64,000 nucleotides of DNA from Bdellovibrionales bacterium (lineage in GTDB: Bacteria > Bdellovibrionota > Bdellovibrionia > Bdellovibrionales > UBA1609): contig CBDHDF010000002.1 of assembly GCA_965261545.1 (NCBI GenBank), forward strand, positions 32,001 to 96,000. Reading direction: 5' to 3'. The stretch's first letter is position 1. Every line of letters begins with the position of its first letter. Of this stretch, positions 10,897-20,145 are shown piece by piece. The notes below the pieces were generated by a model that saw only the letters and a program-made list of their open reading frames with translations, was not told the DNA's origin and did not search any database. The translations under genes and the position numbers were made by a program.

Positions 10897-11172
10897 ATGA
10901 AAAATAAAAAAAAGATGGGGGACAGCAAAGCCTGCTCTAAGTGCTTCAGAGAGTTGCATTTAGATCAGTTTTATTCTAAAGGAAATCGTATAGATAGCTG
11001 TTGCAAAGCGTGTAAGAAAGCGCAAGTTCGGTCTACATATGTAGCCAGAAAACACCCCATAAATTTAAGAAAACTCCAAGAGTTTGTTACTATGGCCTGT
11101 GAGCTTGAAATGAAAAGGCTCGATCAGATTATAAACCAACTCGATGAAATCATCGAAAGGAGAACAAAATGA
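10897..11172 (+). CDS. Small Zn-finger protein (CxxC...CxxC) coupled to the serine recombinase
   Basis: CSKC and CKAC motifs; GGAGG upstream of ATG 10897; ATGA overlap with the recombinase start. Confidence 0.6.
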   Translation: MKNKKKMGDSKACSKCFRELHLDQFYSKGNRIDSCCKACKKAQVRSTYVARKHPINLRKLQEFVTMACELEMKRLDQIINQLDEIIERRTK

Positions 11173-12393
11173 CAGCAGCCATTGATTACAATCATTTAAA
11201 AGATTTGCCCGACCATGAGAAGGCCAAAATTGCAGATATTCTTCTCAAAAGTTCAAGGGGGAATTTGGGAGGAAGGCGTCTCTTTCTAGCCAAGCAAAGC
11301 ACTCCTGAAAATGTTTGTGTGGAATTTTGGAGGGTGTCTTCGACCGACCAAAGAGATGGGTTTTCATTAAAAGCCCAAGAAGAGAAGGCCAAGGAGTACA
11401 GTGACCTTAACAGCCTTAAGAGTTCCAAAAATTGGTCGGTGAGTGAGTCTGCCTCCCAGGAGTTTGACCGAAAGAAATTTTTTGAAATGATTGATTATGT
11501 CACTGAAAACGGGATTAAGAATGTTGTCTTTGATAAAGTCGATCGAGCTTGTCGTGGTCTTAGGGCTGCGGTTGTGATTGAGGACCTTATCGAGTCAGGG
11601 GTTTGCTTTCATTTTGTCCGAGATAACCTTGTGGTGAACAAGGAGTCTGCCCCCAGTGAGAAGCTGCGGTTTTATCTCGGAGTTGTCTTGGCTAAGTGGT
11701 ATATTGATAACTTGAAGTCTGAGATCAAGAAAGGTCTTCATGGCCGCCTTGAAAATGGCTACTTCAATGCCAAAGCCCCTGTGGGCTATCGCAATGTTCG
11801 CCCTGAGTTTGGAAAAGCCAACCTTGAAGTACACCCAGAGATCGGCCCTTTTATTGCCGATTGCTTTGAACTCTACAAAACGGGCAATTATTCCAAAAAG
11901 GACTTGGAAAAAATTGGTTTGGAGAGAGGAATCAAGTGGATTGTGAAAAGAAGGGTCTTTGATAAAAACGGAGAAGCCCAGGTGGTGGTTCAAGAAAAGT
12001 TTGTCACCCATAAGGCTTTGGAGAGAGTGTTAAGTAACCCTGTCTATTGCCATTACAGACGAGTTTCCAAGAGTTCCCCAAATTATAAGAACTGTGGAGG
12101 CTCTAATGGTTTTACGGGGTCTAAGAAGGGGCTTACAGGCTCTGAGGGCTCTACAGACTCAAGAGGTAGAGGTTCTAGTGGCTCCAAGAGGAGCTGGAAA
12201 AGTCCTGGTGGCTTGAGTATGTGAAAAATGCCAAGTGGCCAGCTTTGATTAGCTTTGAGACCTTTATGGCTTGCCAGAAGATTCGTGGGATCAGAGCGCA
12301 GTCCACCAAGCTCAATTTGGCCGGCAGAGTCTCCAAGCCCCTCATGCAACTTATGAAGTGCGGGACCTGCGATCATCACATCACGGGGCAGTC
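11169..12393 (+). pseudogene. Large serine recombinase, 5' part (frameshifted near 12.1-12.2 kb, then cut by IS21)
   Basis: Catalytic WRVSSTDQ and DKVDRACR; recombinase domain APVGY...NPVY; continues in another frame as WPALISFETF...CGTC. Confidence 0.88.
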
Positions 12394-12960
12394 TGTTAGC
12401 TGACAATTAAAATGCCCCACCGTCGCCAATGAAAAGTGGCCACTTTTCAGAGGAGGACCTATGGTGATTTTTGGCATTGTCAACCGAGACGCATATAATC
12501 AATTGATATTACTCATAAAAAGGCTCCGAGCTGATAAGAACTCCTTTTGGGTTCTTGTCGACCTGGAAAGGGGCTCCGTGTTGGAGAGTCCTTCCATGAC
12601 AGCCTATTCAGGTTCCATATTTGTCATTTGTAGACTGTTTCTGGATTTCAATGAGGTTAAATATATAGTCAAGAAAAGCCTGTTTAGGCTGTGCCCATTT
12701 TCTAAAGTATTTAAATTCCACAAGATTCCAACATTTGCCTCAATTTTCATGGAATTTCTTTCTGAAGACAGGCTTCCCTTAAAGCCGTCGCCAATTAAAA
12801 TGTCCCACTTTCAATATGGAGGTTGTCGCCAATGAAAAGTGACCAATCTTCAGGGAGTGTTCAAATACTAGACAATGAAGTCTCTTCTTCTGATATAGAT
12901 ACTAAGCTCACAGAGTCCCTCCCTCTTGCAACTCAAAAGGTTAGCAATGAGGAGGATCTT

Positions 12961-14427
12961 ATGATTAGTCAATACACTTTCGGCCGCATTCGTGACCTGA
13001 GTCACAGTGGTAAAAATAAGACAGAAATATCTCGTGAATTAGGGATCAATCGTAAGACGGTGCGCAAGTACTGTGAGTCCAACACCCCACCGAAGTACAA
13101 GGCGAGGTCCAAAAGAACTCGCCCAGATCCCCTTAATGGATATATGGATCGGGTGAAGTACTTTTTGAAGTTGAACCCAAGTAACACCGCCCGTGAAATA
13201 TATGAGCTATTAGTTGAGGAGGGTTATCGTGGGAGTGAGAGAACGGTTCAGAGAAGAGTTTGTGAGATTCTTGGTTCTCGCCCCAAGGAGCGTTTTTTCA
13301 GCCAAAGATATGATCCTGGAGAACAGGCTCAGTTTGATTTTAAGGAGAAGGTTGCTTTACCATTTGCCGATGGTGTTCAGATCGTTCATCTCCATTTTGG
13401 AACATTGCCTTGTAGTGGCACCTGTTGGGTTCGTGCCTACCCCTTTCTTGTCTATGAGTGTTTCATCGATGGGGTGCATGCTTTTTTTGAAAAGATAGGT
13501 GGGATGAGTGCGAACATCCGTATTGATAATTTATCTCCCTGTGTGAAGAAAGTTCTTAAAGGAAATCAGCGAATTTACACCCAATCTTTTGATCGAGCCA
13601 TCCAATACTATGGATTTAAGGTTCTTCCCTGCCGCGCAGGGAAGGGCTCTGACAAGGGAGATGTGGAGCGTGATATTCGAACCTTCAGTTCTCGGATAAA
13701 AAATATTGTTAGAAACAAAGGAATTGTTTTTAAAGACTGGGATCATTTGAATCAGTTTTTAGAGTCTTATATGGATCAGCATCAGAGTGACTCCACCAAA
13801 TCTCGCTTTGAGGAGGAGGCCAAAGTTCTTAAGCCTTTGCCTCCACGAGATGAAGATATTCTCTGTAAGGTGAATATTTGTCAAAGTAATGGTTATGGGA
13901 CTTTGAGAATAGGTAAAACCACATATTCCATACCTGATGAGGTGATCCAAGCTCCCTGTAAAACCGTACAGGGTCCCTATCATGTCACGATCTATCGTGC
14001 AGGAGGGAAGCAAGAAATTGTCGCTCGCCATCAAAGAAAACCTGATGGGGAGCATAGTCTTCTTCTTGAACATATCCTTCCTTCTTTAGTTCGTAAGCCG
14101 CAAGCCATGGTAAGATGGGCTCACCGATCCATTCTTTTTCCAACAAATGTGTTTGAAAATTTTTATCAATACCTCAAGCAACAAGATTCAAGCCGTGCCG
14201 AGCATGAATATTTAAGAGTTATCAACTTGATTCAGCATGTGAGTTGGCAGGACTTATCTACAGCCATGGAGCTTCAATTAGAAAGTCGTGAGATTTTCGA
14301 CTTTAAATCCATAAAAGATTTGCTCTTAGGCAATCCCACCAAAATTAATTTGAATGACCAACAAAAACCACTTCAACCTAGATTGTCTCAATATGACAGT
14401 CTTGTTCCAAACATAGGAGGTTCTTAA
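12961..14427 (+). CDS. istA: IS21 transposase IstA
   Basis: N-terminal HTH (EISRELGINRKTVRKY), PGEQAQFDF, IDN and KGDVER DDE motifs; GAGGAG RBS favours ATG 12961 over the ORF-track start 12823. Confidence 0.93.
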   Translation: MISQYTFGRIRDLSHSGKNKTEISRELGINRKTVRKYCESNTPPKYKARSKRTRPDPLNGYMDRVKYFLKLNPSNTAREIYELLVEEGYRGSERTVQRRVCEILGSRPKERFFSQRYDPGEQAQFDFKEKVALPFADGVQIVHLHFGTLPCSGTCWVRAYPFLVYECFIDGVHAFFEKIGGMSANIRIDNLSPCVKKVLKGNQRIYTQSFDRAIQYYGFKVLPCRAGKGSDKGDVERDIRTFSSRIKNIVRNKGIVFKDWDHLNQFLESYMDQHQSDSTKSRFEEEAKVLKPLPPRDEDILCKVNICQSNGYGTLRIGKTTYSIPDEVIQAPCKTVQGPYHVTIYRAGGKQEIVARHQRKPDGEHSLLLEHILPSLVRKPQAMVRWAHRSILFPTNVFENFYQYLKQQDSSRAEHEYLRVINLIQHVSWQDLSTAMELQLESREIFDFKSIKDLLLGNPTKINLNDQQKPLQPRLSQYDSLVPNIGGS

Positions 14428-15209
14428 TGAATCACGAAGAACTTATAGGTTCTCTTAAAAAACTCCGACTTCCAGCGATGGCGGATGAATATGTTGCAAC
14501 GGCTAGAGTTGCCGAAAAAACAAAAAAGACGTATGAACAGTATTTAGGTATACTCGTTCAAAATGAGCTTGCTGACAAGCATTCCCAGAGAGTGAAAAGA
14601 TTGCTTAAGGGGGCCAAGCTTCCTCAACTTAAATCACTCCAAACTTATAACTTCCAGAAAAGAACGGGAGTGACAGCTCAGCAAATTAATTGGATGGCAG
14701 AGGGAGAGTGGGTCAGAAAAGCCTGTAATGTTGTGTTTTACGGAAGCTTTGGAATGGGGAAAAGTCATTTGGCCATGTCCCTAGTTCGTTCACTCTGTGA
14801 ACAAGGCTATCGATGTTTATGGGTCACCACTCATGAACTTATTGAAACAATGCGTGAAAGCAAGAAAGAACTCTCATTGAATGCTCTTTTTAAGAAATTA
14901 GACCGTTTTGATCTTATTGCTTGTGATGAACTTGGCTATACAGCTTCCTGCACAGAGGGGGCAGATCTTTTCTTTCAATTCATATCTCAGCGATATGAAA
15001 GGAAAAGTCTCATGATCACTACAAACTTAACTTACTCTGAATGGGATAAGGTGTTTCTTAACCCTATTACCACCGCTGCTGCTGTTGATCGAATTATTCA
15101 CAACTGTGAAACCCTCAACATTGAAGGAAAAGAAAGTTGGAGAACCGAATCCGCAAAAGCCAAGTCTAAACAGAGCAAAGAGGAAAGTTCAACCAAAGAA
15201 GTTCATTAG
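14427..15209 (+). CDS. istB: IS21 helper ATPase IstB
   Basis: Walker A GSFGMGKS, Walker B DELGY, ITTN, DRIIH. Confidence 0.95.
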   Translation: MNHEELIGSLKKLRLPAMADEYVATARVAEKTKKTYEQYLGILVQNELADKHSQRVKRLLKGAKLPQLKSLQTYNFQKRTGVTAQQINWMAEGEWVRKACNVVFYGSFGMGKSHLAMSLVRSLCEQGYRCLWVTTHELIETMRESKKELSLNALFKKLDRFDLIACDELGYTASCTEGADLFFQFISQRYERKSLMITTNLTYSEWDKVFLNPITTAAAVDRIIHNCETLNIEGKESWRTESAKAKSKQSKEESSTKEVH

Positions 15210-15261
15210 AGATCCCCACTTTTGGGGAAGGAACCCGCCAGTTATCCACAAAATTTATCCA

Positions 15262-15908
15262 ATCGAGTAGACAGTGGGAACTTCCCCCACTGCCCCTCAC
15301 AGACACGTACGTGACAGTCTCCCGTCATACGGCTCCTCTAATATTTGCGAGGTTCCACTATTGTAAACCATTTAAATGGACCACAGAGTGTCCGACTGGT
15401 TAGTGTTTCCTCACATATTAGGAGACCCCTTCGCTCCAGCTCCGTTACAGAACCTTCTTCACTACTACGAGTCTCTCTGCCCCTATCTGGTGTCATCGGT
15501 ATTTGCCCTTCGGTTTCCACCTTATAGCCGTTCCCTTAACATCCACCAGTAGGTTCCCCAGTTCCAACACGACGCCAAGTCTGTGCTCATGCCACCTTTA
15601 CGCCGGCTGCCACTCGGCCAGTAATCAGGTACCTTCCGAGTTTATCCCAAGGTACTACCGGGACCTTGGTTTTGACAGCAACTAACGCATTTTCGGCGCC
15701 TCATCGATGGTTCGCTTTCGCTCATCTTCACAGACTACACATGACCAGTTATTCTGGCCTTTTCCCTAACGCTCACCACCCAGGTCTTGCCCCCTGCGCA
15801 GCTTAGGGTTGTTTGTTCCCAATTCCTGTAAATCGAGAACGGTGGACCTACCACCATCATCATGTCAGCTTTCTATAGTCGTTACCTCCTATATTGTGCT
15901 GGGCACAC
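15262..15908 (-). ncRNA. ORF-less group II intron (IIB-like), 647 nt
   Basis: Minus strand begins GTGTGCCC and ends CTACTCGAT; domain V GAGCCGTATGACGGGAGACTGTCACGTACG; domain VI hairpin with bulged A; cleanly absent from IS21 copy 2 (3893-647=3246 bp). Confidence 0.93.
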
Positions 15909-16286
15909 CAGCAGCACTGCGTTGCTAGACATCGGGGTCACAGCCGCAGTGTCGCCATGGATAAATTTATGGATAACTGGCTTTTACCGTACTATTTGCT
16001 CGTCACTCTCGCGGAGCTTTAGACATTAGCTGCGCCAAGGAATCCTGAAAAATACTCCATTTACCTCTGCCATAGGGCTGAAGGATGCATTTGGGGTCAT
16101 GCCAAAAGTGGTGGGCAGAAAATCATTCCTCAGAATCTTGTGGCATAGTCCGAGTTAAATGATGAGCAAAATAAAGACACTTGACTAAACTCTGAACGAA
16201 GAATAACTAAATCAGTACATCATCAACTGGCCGTTTTTCATTGGCGACGGCTTCTAAAAATGGCCAATTTTAATTGGCGCCTAACA

Positions 16287-16955
16287 CAGTCTAAGAAAAA
16301 AGCATCAGGCAAGATTTATACCTATTATCATTGTGCCAATAAGAGGTGTGAGCAAAATGGTGTGTACACGGAGCAAAGAAGACTCATTGCGCAGTTCTCG
16401 GCGGCCTTTGAGCCCTTTCAGCGTTTTACTCCAAAGGCTACGGCTGCCTTTATAAAAATGGTGCAAGGTCGTATCAGCCAACTGAGTGGGCACTCCACAG
16501 AAAAGGTCAACCAACTTCGAGAAAAGAAAACCCAGCTTCAAGATCGTATGGCACAGATTCATGATCTTTATGAAAAGGGCTTATTGAGCCACGAGGAAGC
16601 CTTGGAGTTTCAGGCCATAAAAGAACGGGAGCTTGAAAAAATTGGAAAAGATATAATGCTTCACGGTATTTCTGTAACGCAAGGTGGAGAAAGGAGTTGG
16701 GGAGGCGTATCAGAAGTTCAAGGGGATTGGCGGATTGCGTTAGATCTCATAGAACTTTTGAAAACATCTCATGATTTCATGCAGTTAGATGGCTTTGAGG
16801 GCCAAAAAGCACGGATCTATAGATCCATGCTCTCGAACCCGACTTTAAAAGATGGAACTATTGAATATCGCTATGCAAAATGGTTTGCGGACCTCCTGTT
16901 ATTGACAGGGGGTCGCAACTGGTGGAGGTGGTGGGAATTGAACCCACGTCCATAA
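16287..16955 (+). pseudogene. Large serine recombinase, 3' part (Zn-ribbon and coiled coil), ending inside ssrA
   Basis: Removing IS21 restores HITGQS-KKKASGKIYTYYHC; the C-terminus WWRWWELNPRP is the antisense reading of the tmRNA 3' end. Confidence 0.88.
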
Positions 16956-17277
16956 GTCTTTCACATTAAGGCAAAGCTACATGCTTAGTCTATGTTTTAT
17001 AGGTGACTTATAGACCTCCACAGACAAAGTGCTATAAGTCCCTCCTCCAGATGATTTAAGTCGCAACTCCTGGAGAAACCAAATTTGCGACCGAGGTAGT
17101 TTGAGTGACATCTCTCCATACCCACTACCTTAGTGCGAAGAGATGTAGCTGAACCGATTAGGCAGCTAGTGCATAGTTGCTATTATCAACTATAGTTTTA
17201 CCCGTTTTGAAGAGGACCTCGGGTGCCTCTGCATGCTCCTTAAGCTTCAATACCCATGTCGAATCCGTGTCACCCCC
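16920..17277 (-). ncRNA. ssrA: tmRNA; predicted tag (A)DNSNYALAA*
   Basis: 5' GGGGGTGACACGGATTCGAC; 3' GTGGGTTCAATTCCCACCACCTCCACCA with G3-U pair in the acceptor stem; internal TAGTT-GAT AAT AGC AAC TAT GCA CTA GCT GCC TAA. Confidence 0.96.
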
Positions 17278-17476
17278 ATAAAACAAGCCCATCGAGGATT
17301 ATTCGGGTCTTGAGGGTTCATCGCAATACTGTGAAGAAATATCTTCTACACTTTTTTCCAACCAAGCCCGGATGGGTTGGCACACCTTAGAGTCTTTAAA
17401 AAACCTGAAGGGGTAAACATTCACAAAAGTTGAAGTTGGGGTTACCCCCTCCGTAACTGGCTCGGACTTACACCAA

Positions 17477-17674
17477 CTAAAAAGACTCTGTTCTGCTCCC
17501 ATTCTTCTCTTCCGAGTCACTAAGCAAAGCATCTGTGAACTTAGTGGTTGGAGTTAAGCCACGAAGGATTTGCTTTGTGGCTGCCTCTTGGAAGAATTGA
17601 AAAACTTCTATAGCAGAAAAGCACATAAAAACCCAAAATAAAGTGCCTACAATTAAATCAGTTAATGCTTTCAT
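17477..17674 (-). CDS. Small single-TM hypothetical protein (65 aa)
   Basis: GGAGG RBS upstream of ATG; similar in pattern to the 58-aa ORF at 49684-49860. Confidence 0.6.
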   Translation of the reverse strand: MKALTDLIVGTLFWVFMCFSAIEVFQFFQEAATKQILRGLTPTTKFTDALLSDSEEKNGSRTESF

Positions 17675-18403
17675 AATAATACCTCCATTTATGGCTTAAG
17701 TTGAATCCTCACTCTCTGGCCCATCGGGGCTGGTAAGGGTGTTCATTTTATTTTCTCAAGTCCCAATCCTAGATGCTCAGTAAGCCCGCAGGGCAGGCAA
17801 TCACCAAATTTGATTATTGTCAGCTAACAGCACAGCACCTAACATCTCTAACAAATGACCTAGACATGGACCAAACCTTCTTTTGAAGCTCCTCAATTAT
17901 GGCCCGGCGCAGACCCCGATGGGCAGAAGGGCCATAAAAGTGGAGTAAGAAAAGAAACAACGCAAAGCGCAAAAACTTATCTTGCCTGACAAGTCCAACT
18001 TCTTCCGTTGCCCCAGCCCCGGGGGGCCAGTTCATGGAAAATTCCAAAAATTTAGGTCAACAACAGGTCAACAAAAAGTCAACTGACTTTGAAATAACCC
18101 GAAAGATTCAGAAATATAGACTTAAAATCATAATCTCAAGTTGTGTATTTTCAACTACTTAGAATGAATGAACTTTTGCGACTCCAAGGAAATTTGGAGT
18201 TTTAATGTGTCGCAGCTTGGTCAAAACTACGGTTTATACCCTAAACGGTTGAATTTATTGAGTCAAGCCATGCATCGGCCATCCACGGCCATCGTATTAT
18301 TCACAATGAATTCAGCCCTCCATCAAAAGATAGAAACCAACTCTAATTTTTAGCTAAACTTGAAAAACTCCCTGCCATCAATGTAATTCTATGCCGACAT
18401 ACA

Positions 18404-19615
18404 TCAATCAAAAGAGTGACCTCTTATTTTATCAAAAATTTTGTCAAAGGAAAAACCAGAAACAAATGCAGTAATAATTGACAACGCATTTAGCTTTATC
18501 AGATCAATAGGTAGGTCCGGAGATGGAGTTAAATCAGGAAAGATAGGGCCACTAATAATTCCCGCTGATATTAAGTAATAGCTTAATAGGCCAGCAACTA
18601 GGCCTAACACGCACCCATACATTGCACGCCTTATTTCCTGATTACCCTCGGAATCTCCAACTTCGATTTTATTGTACTTCCTTAAACTCATCAATACGGC
18701 ACATAAGGAGCCACTTGCGCCAAGAAAACTCCAGTTTATAACGTTCAACTCTTTTGAATCACAAAATAAAGGCACTAAGCCCATAAATAGAAAAAATAGC
18801 ATAGCAGAGATTGTAAAATAACAGAGGTATTTCAGAAGGGTCGTACCTTCAGCCCATACCATTTGAAAGTTTGCAATATGATCATACAGCGTTTTGACGT
18901 GTGCCCGTAGGCGCTCACCTTTACTGTCAATTTTTTCACAAATTCCAGCCCCTCCTGAGGCTTTAATTTCTTGCTCAATCTTCTCAACTTCGTGTTCAAT
19001 TTTAGTCTTCCATGTATAATATTGGCCCATGTCGTACGAATTATTAGAATCGGAAGCATAGGTGTATAGATCTTCCAGAATTGACTGGGCACTTGATATC
19101 AGTGTATCGAGATCCCAAAAGTCAACAAGATTCTGCCTGAGATTTAAGACTTGATATTCTGTCCAACAATTTAGCCCATCGTTTTCTAATTGATCTACTT
19201 CTTCTCCTAGCTTTTTCTCTTTGAATTCACAGTTTGATGGTAAATCTTTATCTTTAATTCTAGGTTCCACTCTTTTAGCTTCTACAAGCAATGCTTTCAC
19301 AACGCTAGGATCTTCAAGCCTTGAGTCATGGACTTTCATATCAAATTTTGAAACAAGGTAGAGAAGAGAGCCTGAAATTCCACAAACTCCTAAAGGGTAT
19401 CCAAACCTATTTGGGCCAATGCAGCATTCAGCATTAAAAAGAGAAATTATGAAACCGCAACAATAAAATAATACACCAAATACGCCACATATAAATAGTA
19501 CAAATCCCACAATACATACAAACTTACCCCAACAAGAAAAGGCTGGAGGAAAACCACTTGTTGTAAAGCTTGGAGACCAATTCGTAATTTTCCTAATGAA
19601 GCTTTGGCATTGCAT
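18404..19615 (-). CDS. Multi-pass membrane protein of unknown function
   Basis: 403-aa ORF: N-terminal TMs, helical soluble middle, about four C-terminal TMs (LGASGSL...GLVAGLLSY...AFVSGFS). Confidence 0.7.
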   Translation of the reverse strand: MQCQSFIRKITNWSPSFTTSGFPPAFSCWGKFVCIVGFVLFICGVFGVLFYCCGFIISLFNAECCIGPNRFGYPLGVCGISGSLLYLVSKFDMKVHDSRLEDPSVVKALLVEAKRVEPRIKDKDLPSNCEFKEKKLGEEVDQLENDGLNCWTEYQVLNLRQNLVDFWDLDTLISSAQSILEDLYTYASDSNNSYDMGQYYTWKTKIEHEVEKIEQEIKASGGAGICEKIDSKGERLRAHVKTLYDHIANFQMVWAEGTTLLKYLCYFTISAMLFFLFMGLVPLFCDSKELNVINWSFLGASGSLCAVLMSLRKYNKIEVGDSEGNQEIRRAMYGCVLGLVAGLLSYYLISAGIISGPIFPDLTPSPDLPIDLIKLNALSIITAFVSGFSFDKIFDKIRGHSFD

Positions 19616-19745
19616 TATGAGCTTTATTTAATTGAATCCAAAAAAAATAGCAACCTTTAGCCTTGAACTAGACCATTTTAATAAGATAGAGTTTGAATAA
19701 AATTTAATTAGACTCAATTCGGAAAAAATTATAGGAATCAATAAA

Positions 19746-20144
19746 ATGAATAATGCTGCGCATAATGATATAACTAAAATCTATGGTTATGAGCTGATTT
19801 TGGACATCCATAACTGTAATCCAAAAACATTTAATCGAGACAGTTTGAAAGACTTTTTTGAAACCTTATGTGATGCAATCAAAATGGAAGCTTGTGATTT
19901 ACATTTTTGGGATGATGTTGGCGTTCCCGAAGAAGATCGACAAACTGAGCCTCATGCCAAAGGCACATCTGCTGTTCAATTTATTCTCACAAGTACTATT
20001 GTTATTCATACTTTAGATTTACTTGAAAAAGTTTTTATCAACATCTTTTCCTGCAAAGAGTTTGATAAATCTGTTGCAGAAAAAATTTCAGTCGATTGGT
20101 TTCAAGGACAATGTAAAAACTCCCATTTTATTGAGAGGTACTGA
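19746..20144 (+). CDS. S-adenosylmethionine decarboxylase-family (pyruvoyl) proenzyme
   Basis: GYELILDIHNC, GTSAVQFILTSTIVIHT (putative T/S autocleavage site), INIFSCKEFD. Confidence 0.8.
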   Translation: MNNAAHNDITKIYGYELILDIHNCNPKTFNRDSLKDFFETLCDAIKMEACDLHFWDDVGVPEEDRQTEPHAKGTSAVQFILTSTIVIHTLDLLEKVFINIFSCKEFDKSVAEKISVDWFQGQCKNSHFIERY

Positions 20145-20145
20145 C

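Larger units (their letters stand above)
12394..16286 (+). mobile_element. IS21-family element, copy 1 (3246 bp plus a 647-bp intron)
   Basis: Ends TGTTAGC... and ...CTAACA; 5-bp target duplication CAGTC at 12389-12393 and 16287-16291; istA-istB; repeated GTCGCCAAT(G/T)AAAA terminal motifs. Confidence 0.97.

Noticed and set aside
12461..12835. 124-aa ORF with a GAGGAGG RBS in the IS21 left end (also 44481-44855 and 58150-58524)
   Set aside because: No recognisable domain, overlaps terminal repeat motifs, and recurs only because the IS is multicopy; cannot be excluded but is unsupported
15338..15685. Three 60-aa ORFs inside the intron
   Set aside because: They lie across structured ribozyme domains and show no RT or maturase motifs
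17440..17480. Minus-strand GGTGTAAGTCC...GGGGGTAACCCC resembling group II intron domain I motifs
   Set aside because: Too short, with no GUGYG start or domain V nearby
20023..20145. Upstream TTG start for the DUF3326 gene given by the ORF track
   Set aside because: Would overlap the decarboxylase gene by 122 nt; ATG 20146 follows its stop and has GAGG upstream
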